A DNA stretch of 64,000 bases from an uncultured Hormoscilla sp. (GCA_963921275.4 OZ001293.3:3136001-3200000); one strand, 5' to 3'. Counted from the stretch's first letter, positions 32,096 to 43,179 are shown. A program made the numbers and translations. Notes: generated by a model not told the origin, from the letters alone.

Positions 32096-34470
32096 GTGCG
32101 ATTCGTTTAGTGTAAACCACCGGCGATCAAGCCGGCGGGGGACCACTAGCAGGGTTTCATTAGCCCTGACAACTTACAGATGATGGTGGTGAAAGTCCAC
32201 CCCTCCAGGTGCAGGAGTGACAGCACTTCCCCTACGGTAGAGATGGCATCAATCCGTAAAGCGGGGATGAAAGGCGCTCTAACTGGCAGCCTACACCGGT
32301 TATCGCCGAGCAAGTAGCCATGATGAGCATAAAGCGAAGGTTTGCAGCGTCGTGACGAACAACCAGTGAAATAAGGCTGACACACTGGCCCAAAAGGGAA
32401 AGGATAATGGTCACCGGCGGATATATTCCTGACCAGTAAGCACTGACAATAAACCCGGCGTAAGGAACCCATCTAAAGTTACAAATAATCATCGGTAGGA
32501 ACGAAGTAAACCAGGTATACACTCTCTACCACCGGTCGATAGGTAAAGTAGCCACCAAAGGCGTAACCTCTGTTTTCATCAGACAGGTCATACCTGGGAA
32601 AGATTTCGTGGAGAAGCAAACGCCTGCCCGTAATGAGCAGGATACGCTGACGCCCTCACGGTAATGTCAAATGTCAAGCGGTGAGTAGCAAATGATACGT
32701 CATAGGCACGGCACTGAGCCGATGAATGAATGGAAGGATATCCCCTGGCGAAAGCTAGAGCGGGTAGTCTTTAAGCTGCAAAAGCGGATTTACAGAGCGG
32801 CACAACGTGGCGATAAGCGAATGGTTCGCAGACTCCAGAGGTTATTGGCAAGCTCCCAGGCCGCAAAAAAGCTAGCGGTACGTCAGGTAACACAAGATAA
32901 CCAGGGAAAGAAGACCGCCGGTGTGGACGGTGTGAAAGCACTGACCCCAAAGCAACGATTGGAACTGGTAGGACAAATAGGAATCTTGGGAAGGGCAAAA
33001 CCCGCACGACGGGTATGGATACCTAAACCAGGAAGAACAGAAAAACGTCCATTGGGAATACCAACGATACACGACCGCGCGACACAAGGGCTGCTGAAGA
33101 TAGTACTAGAGCCCGAATGGGAAGCATACTTTGAGTGCAACTCATACGGATTCAGGCCAGGGAGAGGATGCCACGACGCGATCGAAGCAATAATCACCAG
33201 CATCAACCAAAAACCCAAATGGGTATTAGATGCGGACATTGCGAAATGCTTCGATAGAATCAACCACAGAGCGCTAATGGAAAAACTGAATACAACATCA
33301 CCAATCCGTAAACAAATACGGGCATGGCTAAAAGCCGGAGTGATAGACAAAGGATACTGGCACCCCACTGATGAGGGCACCCCCCAAGGTGGAGTGATAT
33401 CGCCATTACTGGCCAACATAGCCTTACACGGGCTTGAGGAAAGGATAATGGAAATGGCAAAAACACAAAGAGAAAAGCAAAGGTTGACAGTAGTCAGATA
33501 TGCAGATGACTTTGTGGTAATGCACAACGACAAGGAAAAGGTGGAAGAAGCGCAAAAGGTTGTAGCGGAGTGGTTAAAGGGGGTTGGACTAGAGCTAAAA
33601 CCAGAAAAAACCCGAATAAGTCATACGCTATACGGAGAAAAACTGGGGTTCGATTTCCTGGGAATCAACGTAAGACAATATGAGGTAAGTAAAAACAGAA
33701 GCGGGAAAAATCCACACGGTAAAGCCCTAGGTTTCAAAACCTTGACAAGGCCAAGTGACAAGTCCATAAAGAAGCATAAAGAAAGGCTGTCGGAAGTGAT
33801 AGCCAGCCATAAAGCGGCACCCCAAGAAGCGCTAATAGGAAAGCTCAACCCAATAATACGGGGATGGGCGAATTACTTCAGAACGGGGGCAAGCAAGGAG
33901 ACCTACTCCGAAATGGACAACTACTTATGGAACACCCTATGGCAGTGGGCAAAAAGAAGACACCCGAACAAATCCGGGAACTGGATAGCCAAAAAGTACT
34001 GGTTGAACAACCAAGCGAAAGAATGGCGATTCGGGAACGGAGAAATCAAACTAATGAAACACACAAGTGTGAAAATAGTAAGACATGTAAAGGTGAAAGG
34101 AAAAGCGAGCCCATACGACGGGAACCTCACATACTGGAGTACCAGACTAGGCAGAAACCCAGAAATACCTAACAGAGTGGCAAAGTTGCTCAAAAGGCAA
34201 AAGGGAAAATGCCAGCAATGCGGGCTTACATTTAAGGACGGAGACAAGTGGGAAGTTGACCATGTCAAACCTCTAACACTAGGAGGCAAAGACCAATACG
34301 ACAACCTACAACTACTACACAAACATTGCCACAACCGAAAAACTGCCAACGATGGCAGTAATAGCCGTACCCATGACAAGGGTGGCGTTACTGAGGAGCC
34401 GGATGAGATGAAAGTCTCACGTCCGGTTCTGAAGACGAGTCGGAGGGGTGACTCTCTGGCTTAGTTTAAT
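32096..34470 (+). mobile_element. group II intron with RT/maturase/HNH ORF, antisense to its host gene
   Basis: GTGCG start; DV GAGCCGGATGAGATGAAAGTCTCACGTCCGGTTC; ends TTTAAT; flanks rejoin in frame. Confidence 0.95.
32692..34464 (+). CDS. ltrA: group II intron reverse transcriptase/maturase with HNH endonuclease
   Basis: KRPLGIP, SYGFRPGR, GTPQGG, RYADDF, GWANYF, CQQC..DHVKP..LHKHCH. Confidence 0.97.
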   Translation: MIRHRHGTEPMNEWKDIPWRKLERVVFKLQKRIYRAAQRGDKRMVRRLQRLLASSQAAKKLAVRQVTQDNQGKKTAGVDGVKALTPKQRLELVGQIGILGRAKPARRVWIPKPGRTEKRPLGIPTIHDRATQGLLKIVLEPEWEAYFECNSYGFRPGRGCHDAIEAIITSINQKPKWVLDADIAKCFDRINHRALMEKLNTTSPIRKQIRAWLKAGVIDKGYWHPTDEGTPQGGVISPLLANIALHGLEERIMEMAKTQREKQRLTVVRYADDFVVMHNDKEKVEEAQKVVAEWLKGVGLELKPEKTRISHTLYGEKLGFDFLGINVRQYEVSKNRSGKNPHGKALGFKTLTRPSDKSIKKHKERLSEVIASHKAAPQEALIGKLNPIIRGWANYFRTGASKETYSEMDNYLWNTLWQWAKRRHPNKSGNWIAKKYWLNNQAKEWRFGNGEIKLMKHTSVKIVRHVKVKGKASPYDGNLTYWSTRLGRNPEIPNRVAKLLKRQKGKCQQCGLTFKDGDKWEVDHVKPLTLGGKDQYDNLQLLHKHCHNRKTANDGSNSRTHDKGGVTEEPDEMKVSRPVLKTSRRGDSLA

Positions 34471-34843
34471 TATGCCTTCCCGCCGATGTTTGTCTAAGGT
34501 TTGTTGGAGGAAGCGACTATCCCCATCCAACCAATCATACAAGCGCCTTCCCGTGATAGCATAATCTACAGCCAAGGGGAGGTAATAGTCCCGATCGGCC
34601 ATTTTAATCAACTCAGCGATATCTGCCAGGGGGAGACGGCGAGACTGATACTGATTGGGGTTATCCAAAAAGTAGCGCAGTTCGGCGTAATCTTCGCCAA
34701 GCAGCTTGAGGTTGAGGTGTATAATTTGCATATTAGTAGTTCCCAGTAATCTTTTAGGTTGGGTTTCAAGAGCGTCAACCCAACCTCCGAAGTGCCAACG
34801 TGAGATGCTCCCTGACTTCTTCCTAGGATCCATATCCTCTAGA

Positions 34844-35209
34844 TTATGTTCCCTGATTATAGCAGGTAACGAGATCATTGCGGTGTGATTCGTCGAGAAT
34901 TTGCTTAATCTGCTCAATTGTAGCATTTTCCAGCAGCCCTCGCCCGCCATTGTGCCCCACAATCAGCACTTTTTCAATTTTTTTACCATTTCCCTGCTTG
35001 TACTCTTTATACCACTTGCGAATTTGCTCGGCAATGGCTAACGTCCCGCCAGCAATGGCGACAATGGTGGCAATGGTTACCAGCGATTCTCCTTTCTCGG
35101 CTTCACTTGTTGCTGGCTCCCAAGTCCCCGATAACCCGGAAATGGACAACAACTCCTCGGTAGCGGAGATCGCATCTCGTCCTTGAATTTCGACTTGAAT
35201 ATCTGCCAT
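34844..35209 (-). CDS. small hypothetical protein upstream of the CHAT gene
   Basis: Intact ORF with GGAG RBS and one hydrophobic helix. Confidence 0.65.
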   Translation of the reverse strand: MADIQVEIQGRDAISATEELLSISGLSGTWEPATSEAEKGESLVTIATIVAIAGGTLAIAEQIRKWYKEYKQGNGKKIEKVLIVGHNGGRGLLENATIEQIKQILDESHRNDLVTCYNQGT

Positions 35210-35307
35210 GACTTAATCTAGCAACTCCTACAGCTCAATTATAGCAAAAATTGTCCATCAATGGTTTTATGGATAAAATAGGATAAAATAGAGAAAGTAG
35301 AGTAGCC

Positions 35308-37051
35308 ATAGCCAAAACAGAACATCTCCAAGCCAATGAATGACCCCAAGACCTCGACAGCAGCAAACACCAGCTTTATTAGAGAGCAGAACCAGCGCCT
35401 ATCACGCTCCCGGCTGTGGAAGCGGAGAGCGAAATTTCTTTGAACAGCAGGGGGTGGCAGCCTGGAGTCAGGACACCTCCGATGTGCTCTGTGCGCTCGA
35501 TGTCCCCGGGGAGCCCTATTCGCACTACCCTGGGGACATCGTATTCGCACTACGCAGAGCACATCGTCCCCCACTACATTACCAGTAATCCTTTTATTGC
35601 CAAGGCCTATGCTAAAGTGGTAATTTTCTTCAGCCCGCGCAGGCGGGCTTTGTACTTGTAGCCCTACCCTAAAGGGTGGGGGTGCCTGTTTATTTTATTG
35701 AACTCGGTGCAGGTTCTGGTCCTTTTGCCTATCTGTTTCTGAAAAAGTTCCTGGGTTTATATAAGCGTTCAGTAATGAGAGCAGTGCCTTTCAAATATAT
35801 GATCACAGATTTACCCCAGGGGAACATCGACTATTGGAACTCTCACCCCAGGCTACAGGCTTTTGTAGCATCAGGTCAACTGGACTTTGCCCGCTTTGAT
35901 GCTACCAAGGACCGGGAAATTCAGCTAGTTCGTTCCGGAGAGATTCTCTGGGCCCAAACGGTGAAAAAACCGGTGGTCGTCCTGGCTAACTATTTCTTCG
36001 ATAGCATTCCTCAAGATTGTTTTTATATCAAAGATGGTCAACTCTACGAAAGTCTGGTTACCCTTTCGACTCCCCAAGGGAACCGGACCTGGATGACCCA
36101 GCATTGCTTGATCGGGTGCAAATATCCTATCAGAATCATCCAGTCACGGCTGCTGACTACTCCGATGGGGACTTGAATCAACTGCTGCGGAACTATCAGC
36201 AGCAGTTGACAGATACTTCACTCCTCTTTCCTTGCTTTGGTCTAGAATGTCTACGAAATTTCCGTCAGCTGGCGGGGGGACGATTGCTATTATTATCGGG
36301 TGATAAGGGCTACAACCGAGAAGAATCTCTCTATTATCGGGGAGAACCGGTAATTAATGTTCATGGCAGTTTCTCGATGATGGTTAACTATCATGCTATT
36401 GGACAATCCGTGCAAAATAAAGGAGGTAAAGTGCTACAGGCATCCCACTACTATCATAGCCTGAGTATCTCGGCCTTTCTCTGGGGCAATCGCCATCAAT
36501 AATATGTATAAATAGCCCACGCATACGAGGAGGCGATCAAGAACTTGGGACCAGATGAATTCTTCACCTTGACAGGGGCGATAGAGAAAAATTATGAAAG
36601 CTTGAGAACCGAATAAATTCTTGTCTACCTGAGATTAAGTGGCTGGGATCCGAACATCATGCTGGGCTTTTTTCCAATCTTGATGTCCCAGATGGAAACT
36701 GCATCAGAAGTATTGAAGCAGGAAATGTATGGGGCGATCGGGCAAGTGTGGGACACTTACTATCCCATTGGCGAACAGCAGGACTTAGCTTTTTACCTGG
36801 GGTTACTGCTTGGTCAAATGCAATATTATGCCCCCGCTTTGCAGTATTTCCAGCAGTCTCTGAAACTGTACGGTGCTGATTCCATGACTCTCTACAACAT
36901 GGGAATGTGTTACTATCATCTTGGAGAAAGAGCCGTCGCCCTTGACTGTACCAACGAATCCTTGGAACTATTCCCAGATTTTGAACCCGCCCAAGAACTA
37001 CAGCGCGAAATTATGTCAATGGAGAAGGGAGAATTGAGAAGGGAGAATTGA
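35308..37051 (+). pseudogene. SAM-dependent methyltransferase + TPR protein, multiply disrupted
   Basis: VPHYITSNP, IELGAGSG, LANYFFDS, LLSGDKG, C-terminal TPR; two repeat insertions, a frameshift and stops. Confidence 0.8.
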
Positions 37052-37069
37052 GAAGGGTTCGATAAGGTG

Positions 37070-37280
37070 GCGATCGCCCATTACCTCCACCAACCGCCCT
37101 GACTTCCAGGTAACGCAGTCCGCGAACGGCGCGAGTGCCATGGCACTCGCGTAGTGTGGCGCAGCCATGGCCGCTCGACCAGCAGCACCAGAGAATAACC
37201 AGCTGGGTTCAGCAGCCTGGCACAAGTCAGACCAGCGATACCAGCACCAATGACAAGCAGGTCAAACAGGCGATCGGCTA
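37070..37280 (-). pseudogene. N-terminal fragment of an FAD-dependent oxidoreductase
   Basis: DLLVIGAGIAGLTCARLL. Confidence 0.55.
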
Positions 37281-37417
37281 TCTAAAATAAAAGAGAAAAG
37301 AATCTGAGGTTTCCATCGAACCCTAAAAATTCCAGTTATCGTCAAGAGGAAAGCTCCTGCTAGCTAAGGTAATACCCGCAGGAGCTGACAAACAACTATT
37401 AAATAGAGGCGTTCGCA

Positions 37418-38263
37418 GTGGATGAACTAAGAACAGGGCTAGAATTGGCCACAGAGGAAGAATTGCAGCAGCTGACGCAACTCCTGTTCCGCCGTCAGTT
37501 AAACCCTCTGGACTATATTTACACCCCCGACCCGATCGATGTCCAGAGTCAGGAACGTTCCGCTTGGCTAGAGGCCATAGAGAGGCGCTTTCGCTTTCTG
37601 GCCGCAGATGGACTGACGGTACTGCGGGGACGGGCCCAGCAGGTGACTTACCGTCAAGTGCTGATCCAGGTCTGTCGTTACCTGAAATTTCCCTATTCTG
37701 CAAAGCTTTCTACTATAGATTTAGAAGCAGAGGTGTTTCTCAATCTGCTGCTGCGGACTTGGAAACGACTGCCCGCGTCAGAAAAACAAACTTTGGGAGA
37801 CCGGGTCCGAGGGGCGATCGCCCAAACCCAATTCGCCCAACCCCTGCCCCGATCGCTTGTGAAAAACCCGATCGGTTTACTACTCAAGGGGGGCAGTGCC
37901 ATAGCTGTCAGTTCCACCCTCAAGTCCATGTTGCTGCAAAAAATTGCCCATCAATTTGCCCTGCATTTTGCTAGCTATCAAGTTGCCAAAGAAGCATTAG
38001 TCAAAGGTGGCGTAGCAGCAGCGGCTCAGTTTCAGAATTATCTGACATTGCAGGGCGCTAAGCAGGGTATGGCATTAACTACAGCCCGCTATGGGGCGAC
38101 CCGGAGTATTTTAGCCTTTGTCGGACCAGCATTATGGACTTGGTTTTTTGCTGATTTGGGTTGGCGGGCGGTCTCAACTAACTACGGTCGCATTATTCCC
38201 ACCATTTTGGCCCTAGCTCAAATTCGTCTCACCCGTTCTGAATGCTGGGAATTTGCTTATTAG
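37418..38263 (+). CDS. YaaW-family (UPF0174) protein
   Basis: MDELRTGLELATEEELQQL..RFRFLAADG..NYGRIIP. Confidence 0.8.
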   Translation: MDELRTGLELATEEELQQLTQLLFRRQLNPLDYIYTPDPIDVQSQERSAWLEAIERRFRFLAADGLTVLRGRAQQVTYRQVLIQVCRYLKFPYSAKLSTIDLEAEVFLNLLLRTWKRLPASEKQTLGDRVRGAIAQTQFAQPLPRSLVKNPIGLLLKGGSAIAVSSTLKSMLLQKIAHQFALHFASYQVAKEALVKGGVAAAAQFQNYLTLQGAKQGMALTTARYGATRSILAFVGPALWTWFFADLGWRAVSTNYGRIIPTILALAQIRLTRSECWEFAY

Positions 38264-38388
38264 CTTATTCCCAACAACCTCTCTCTTCGCTGTCAGCCCG
38301 CCGGAGGTTTTAACCCCCGGCGCTCAAGTCGGTTAAAACCGACTAATAATTTAATCTTTATAAATTTTATTTTTTTAGACGAAATAGT

Positions 38389-39663
38389 ATGAATTTCCAA
38401 ATACCTAATCGAAAATCCTTGGTTTCTTGGCAACTGCATCTGGGGTTAATTCTCTTGCCTCTGAGTCCATTTTTGGCTGCTTTCGGCTTCCTGTGGATGA
38501 TGGTGAATGTCTGGCGGCAAGAGTTCCATACTATTATCCGCCGCCCTGTCAACCAGGGATTTGCGATTTTGGCAGCTTTACTGCTTGTTAATGCTTGCTT
38601 TGCCCAAAACCGGGGCGATGGGTTTTTGGGATTATTTAATTTCTTGCCTTTATTCGTGCTATTTGCTGCTGTCAGCGCTTTGATTAAAACACCTGCCCAG
38701 TTGCTGCGGATATCTTGGGCGATCGGGCTTTCTGCTGTCCCCGTAATAATTATCGGTTTGGGGCAGCTATTTTGGGGCTGGACCGGACCGATCGAATTAT
38801 GGATGATAATCGACTTTCCTCTGGAACTTACCGGGACACCTCCGGGGAGAATGGCCTCGGTTTTTGCCTATGCTAATGTCCTAGGTAGCTATCTAGTCAT
38901 TACCTTTATTCTAACACTGAAATTGTGGATCGAACAAGTCCAGAAAAAAAGTTTTCCTAATTTATTTTTATCCCTGCTAGTTATAGGGAATGCCCTGGCC
39001 CTGATTTTAACTCATTCCCGCAATGGTTGGGCGATCGCCTTTTTAAGTTGTCTTGCCTTTGCGGTATATCTGGGTTGGCGTTGGTTGGTAACAGGGGTAA
39101 CAGCAGCAGCGGGGACCGTACTTTGGGCAGCATTTGGTTTAAACCCCTTGCGGCAATGGTTGCGCTTATTCGTGCCCGCATACTTCTGGAAGCGACTCAC
39201 CGACGAGTTACATCCCGATCGCCTGATCGCCCAGTTACGTTCTACCCAATGGCAATTTGCCTGGGACTTAACTTTACAGCGTCCTGGGACGGGTTGGGGG
39301 TTAAGAAATTTTACTAGCATATATGAAGCGCAGATGGATTACTGGGTAGGTCATCCCCACAACTTAATTTTGATGTTAATGGCAGAAACAGGAATTCTGG
39401 CAACGCTGTTGTTTTGTGGGTTAGTGGGTTGGGTGTTGGGGAAAGCGGTTTTGCTGCTGGGTGAGGTGAAGAATGAGGAGAGATTAATATTTTTCAGCTA
39501 TATCCTCGCCTTCGGGGGCTGTAGCTTATTTCACTTGCTGGACGTGACCTTGTTTGATGCCAGGATTAATATCTTGGGATGGTTGCTGTTAGGGTCCATT
39601 GCCGGTATAGTGGATAATTATAGGGGGGATCGCATGTCAAAGGGGATGAGGATGATAGAATGA
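38389..39663 (+). CDS. O-antigen ligase family protein
   Basis: Polytopic membrane protein with THSRNGW, GWGLRNF, HPHNL. Confidence 0.88.
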   Translation: MNFQIPNRKSLVSWQLHLGLILLPLSPFLAAFGFLWMMVNVWRQEFHTIIRRPVNQGFAILAALLLVNACFAQNRGDGFLGLFNFLPLFVLFAAVSALIKTPAQLLRISWAIGLSAVPVIIIGLGQLFWGWTGPIELWMIIDFPLELTGTPPGRMASVFAYANVLGSYLVITFILTLKLWIEQVQKKSFPNLFLSLLVIGNALALILTHSRNGWAIAFLSCLAFAVYLGWRWLVTGVTAAAGTVLWAAFGLNPLRQWLRLFVPAYFWKRLTDELHPDRLIAQLRSTQWQFAWDLTLQRPGTGWGLRNFTSIYEAQMDYWVGHPHNLILMLMAETGILATLLFCGLVGWVLGKAVLLLGEVKNEERLIFFSYILAFGGCSLFHLLDVTLFDARINILGWLLLGSIAGIVDNYRGDRMSKGMRMIE

Positions 39664-39889
39664 AAATAGTCGTTACAAGAGAAAAGTTATCTCGTTTCCT
39701 GCCGGATTCAGGGAACGTCCATCGCGAGGATCTGCCTCCTGTCAAGGCGCGAGTCTCCCGCCTATGTTGCCCACCTGACGGTAGCGGGAATGTATAAGGG
39801 TTTAATTTGCGCAAGTCATGGAAAATTTACTTGAGCAATTAGCTATAATATAATTACAATAGTCGTCAAGAATAAATAGGAGGTAAAGT

Positions 39890-40231
39890 CTGCCGAGTCA
39901 AGGAATAGGTGGAAATGGGACTGCATCAGAGTTTGGCGATTTAACTGGACTGAGTCGCCAAGAAGTAGATGAGTTTTTACGCGGACTTGGTGCAGAAATG
40001 AGGACTACAAGAAGTGGTTATGTTGAATACCGATTTGCTGACGGGTCGCTAGTACATATTCGTCCTGACAGTGAAGTGGTACGCACGCCAGCGCCGAGGT
40101 ATAATGCAGAAGGAAGAAGAATCAACAGGGGTTTGCGCCTTGATAAGGATGGCGGTTTGCTACAAACGCGCGATCCAGAAGGTAATTTAATCCCAGGTAC
40201 GCATCAGACAGGAGAAAGGTTAAGTGACTAA
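39890..40231 (+). CDS. putative stand-alone polymorphic-toxin-like nuclease domain
   Basis: AGGAGG RBS then CTG start in frame with ORF 39998; overlaps the next gene. Confidence 0.5.
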   Translation: MPSQGIGGNGTASEFGDLTGLSRQEVDEFLRGLGAEMRTTRSGYVEYRFADGSLVHIRPDSEVVRTPAPRYNAEGRRINRGLRLDKDGGLLQTRDPEGNLIPGTHQTGERLSD

Positions 40232-40655
40232 TTGGACAGAAGACTACCATTTGCTAGGTTTAGGAGGGTTAACCTCGTTAATTACAAATGTTAAAATTTC
40301 CATGTGGGGAAATAAAATATTGTTTGAATGCGTGTACGATCCAGAAAATAGATCGCCTTACATGATAGTTTTTCAAGATTGTCGAGAAATAACTTGGGAA
40401 GTATACGTTCCCGAAGAAGTAGGCGAAGCAGAAGCAGATTTGATTGGCATTCATCTGGGAGAGGACGCGCACAGAAAGCCAGCAGTGATTACTACAGATA
40501 TTTTTGAAGTTTCGATTATGTATGGCAGTTTTCATGTTGAGAAGGATCGTGAGATGGGCGAAAGGAAACAAAAGAAAACTGTAGGAGTGCAGGAAGAATT
40601 GCGAGGAGTGCGAAGAGAAGACAATTTTGCGATCGTGGAAGGAGGAGTAAGATGA
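40224..40655 (+). CDS. putative immunity protein
   Basis: Acidic small protein translationally coupled to the upstream ORF. Confidence 0.5.
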   Translation: MTNWTEDYHLLGLGGLTSLITNVKISMWGNKILFECVYDPENRSPYMIVFQDCREITWEVYVPEEVGEAEADLIGIHLGEDAHRKPAVITTDIFEVSIMYGSFHVEKDREMGERKQKKTVGVQEELRGVRREDNFAIVEGGVR

Positions 40656-40796
40656 TAGCATCAAGGTAAATTACTCAAAAGGCGATCGACTTAGAAGAAG
40701 TTGCTGAAAATCATTCAGCGCCGACTACTGCTTGACACGGTATCTAGACGAGGATATTGTGTTAAGCAACAGTCAAGTCACGGTCAAAGTAAGGGT

Positions 40797-41714
40797 ATGG
40801 AACAAGAAAATATCAAACACGATCGCCTCTTCAAGGAACTGCTCAAGACTTTCTTCGTGGAATTCTTAGAGTTATTTTTTCCCGAACTTCTCGCAGAGAT
40901 CGACCCAAGCTATCTGGAGTTCTTAGAACAAGAGATATTCACTGAACTCAAATCAGGAGAGAAATATAACGCGGATATCGTGGTCAAAACCAGATTTAAG
41001 AGTGGTCAAGAAACCTTCTTATTGATTCATGTGGAAAATCAGGCACAGTATGAAACAAAGTTTGAGCAGCGGATGTTTCGGTACTTTGCCTTAAGTTCAC
41101 ACAATCATGGTTTGCCAGTGTATCCCATAGCAGTGCTGTCCTTTGACTCTCCGGAACAACCCAATAGTTATGAAGTTATCATTGCTAACAAAGTCATCTT
41201 GCAGTTCAACTACGAGCTGATTCAGCTAAATCGCCTGAATTGGCGAGATTTTGTGCGTCAGGAAAATCCAGTGGCCACGGCATTGATGGCGAAAATAAGG
41301 ATTGACAAAAAGGACCGCTGGCGGGTAAAATTAGAGTGTCTGCGCTTGCTAGCAAGTTGGAAATTATATCCCGCAAAAACAAGATTTATTTCGGGGTTTA
41401 TCGACACCTATCTGCAATTGAATTCAGAGGAGGAAACCCAGTTCCAAGAAGAGATTGGTATACTGGCATCAGAAGAACAGGAGGGAATCATGGAAATAGT
41501 CACCAGTTGGAAACTCGAAGGTATAGAAGAAGGAGAGTTAAAGATTATTCTGCGCCTACTCACGCGGCGTATTGGTGAAATTGCGGCGGAGTTACAGTCC
41601 CAGATTCGCCAGTTGTCACTCATCCAGTTAGAGGATTTAGCAGAGGCGTTGCTGGATTTTGAGGCCCAGACAGATTTAGTGGCTTGGTTGCAGCGTGTTT
41701 CTGCTGAAGAATAA
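40797..41714 (+). CDS. Rpn-family PD-(D/E)XK nuclease with DUF4351 C-terminus
   Basis: HDRLFKELL, ADIVVK, IHVENQ, LEDLAEALLDF..DLVAWL. Confidence 0.9.
   Translation: MEQENIKHDRLFKELLKTFFVEFLELFFPELLAEIDPSYLEFLEQEIFTELKSGEKYNADIVVKTRFKSGQETFLLIHVENQAQYETKFEQRMFRYFALSSHNHGLPVYPIAVLSFDSPEQPNSYEVIIANKVILQFNYELIQLNRLNWRDFVRQENPVATALMAKIRIDKKDRWRVKLECLRLLASWKLYPAKTRFISGFIDTYLQLNSEEETQFQEEIGILASEEQEGIMEIVTSWKLEGIEEGELKIILRLLTRRIGEIAAELQSQIRQLSLIQLEDLAEALLDFEAQTDLVAWLQRVSAEE
41490..41714 (+). CDS. putative internally translated Rpn small antitoxin (DUF4351)
   Basis: AGGAGG 5 nt before the in-frame ATG of MEIVTSW. Confidence 0.55.
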   Translation: MEIVTSWKLEGIEEGELKIILRLLTRRIGEIAAELQSQIRQLSLIQLEDLAEALLDFEAQTDLVAWLQRVSAEE

Positions 41715-41798
41715 TCTTACCAGATTCTGTTGCTTGACATCGTCTTATGACTAAAATATTGTGTTAAGCAACAGTCAAGTCACAGCCAAAGCAAGAAT

Positions 41799-42708
41799 AT
41801 GGAAAAAGAAGCTATCAAACACGATCGTCTCTTCAAGGAACTGCTCAAGACTTTCTTCGAGGAGTTCTTAGAGTTATTTTTTCCTGAATTCCTCGCAGAG
41901 ATCGACCTAAGCTATCTGGAGTTCTTAGAACAAGAGATATTCACCGAACTCAAATCGGGAGAGAAATATAACGCGGATATCGTGGTCAAAACCAGATTTA
42001 AGAGTGGTCAAGAAACCTTCTTATTGATTCATGTGGAAAATCAGGCACAGTATGAAACAAAGTTTGAGCAGCGGATGTTTCGGTACTTTGCCTTAAGTTC
42101 ACACAATCATGGTTTGCCAGTGTACCCCATAGCATTGCTGTCCTTTGACTCTCCACGTACTCTGCAACCCAACCATTACGAAGTGGTCATTGCTAATAAA
42201 ATTATCTTGCAGTTTGACTACGAGCTGATTCAGCTAAATCGCCTGAATTGGCGAGATTTCATGCGCCATAAAAATCCAGTGGACACGGCATTGATGGCAA
42301 AAATGAAAATTGACAAAGATGAACGCTGGCGAGTAAAATTTGAATGCTTGCGCTTGCTGGCAACTTTGAAGTTATATCCCGCAAAAACAAGATTTATTTC
42401 GGGATTTGTCGATACCTATCTGAAATTGAATACGGATGAGGAAAGCAAGTTCAAAGAAGAGATTGGTATACTGGAATCAGAAGAAGAACAGGAGGAAATC
42501 ATGGAAATAGTCACCAGTTGGATGGTCGAAGGAGAATTGAATATTATTCTGCGCCTACTCACGTATTGGTGAAATTGCGGCGGAGTTACAGTCCCAAATT
42601 CGCCAGTTGTCAGTCACTCAGTTAGAGGATTTGGCAGAGGCGCTGCTGGATTTTGAGGCCCAGACAGATTTAGTGGCTTGGTTGCAGCGTGTTTCTGCTG
42701 AAGAATAA
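41799..42708 (+). pseudogene. second Rpn/DUF4351 copy, 4-bp deletion near 42563
   Basis: Paralog of the upstream gene; ACGCGGCGTATT became ACGTATT. Confidence 0.85.
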
Positions 42709-42822
42709 ATCACCCAGATTCTGTTGCTTGACACCATCTTATGACTAGCATGGGTGTCAAGCGACAGTCAAGTCAGATTATTGGTAGGGAAGGAAATAAG
42801 CTGTTATGAAAAGAGGTGTAAG

Positions 42823-43179
42823 ATGGTGACAGCAATCGAACTAATGGCAGATTATGGATGCTACCCACTGTGGGGGAAATATCCTGAAAATATTGGTAAC
42901 ATAGACCCGAATACGTTACCCTTGAGTCAGTAAACAATTAATCGTCTGGAAAAGTGGGCAGATGCCTATGATGCCAAGTTGAACTAGGAAGATCCTGCAT
43001 CATCGGGTTTCCCTAGTGCAGAAGCAAAGAAGGCTTTTGAGAAAGAGGCGATCGGTTTGCGGCATCAGTTACGCAAAGAATTGGCACCAGAATATGAAGT
43101 TTTCTATTTCAGCGATCGACTGCGCCAACATTTAACCCATCCTAGGGAACTGGAACTGTTACAATTAATTGCCAAGTGA
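42823..43179 (+). pseudogene. hypothetical protein with two in-frame stops
   Basis: LMADYGCYPLW..LPLSQ*..LN*EDPASSGF..LRKEL. Confidence 0.65.

Larger units (their letters stand above)
31780..34731 (-). pseudogene. CHAT-domain protein N-terminus split by a group II intron and a MITE
   Basis: Removing both inserts joins KHRREGI to ILAISAAEKLAHLPWEVLHDGNG. Confidence 0.85.

Noticed and set aside
32692..34464. DGR, retron or other defence RT
   Set aside because: YADD, maturase and HNH domains inside complete intron boundaries identify a standard group II intron; no TR/VR pair seen
40797..42708. DGR template/variable repeat pair
   Set aside because: Whole-gene paralogs whose differences are not confined to adenines
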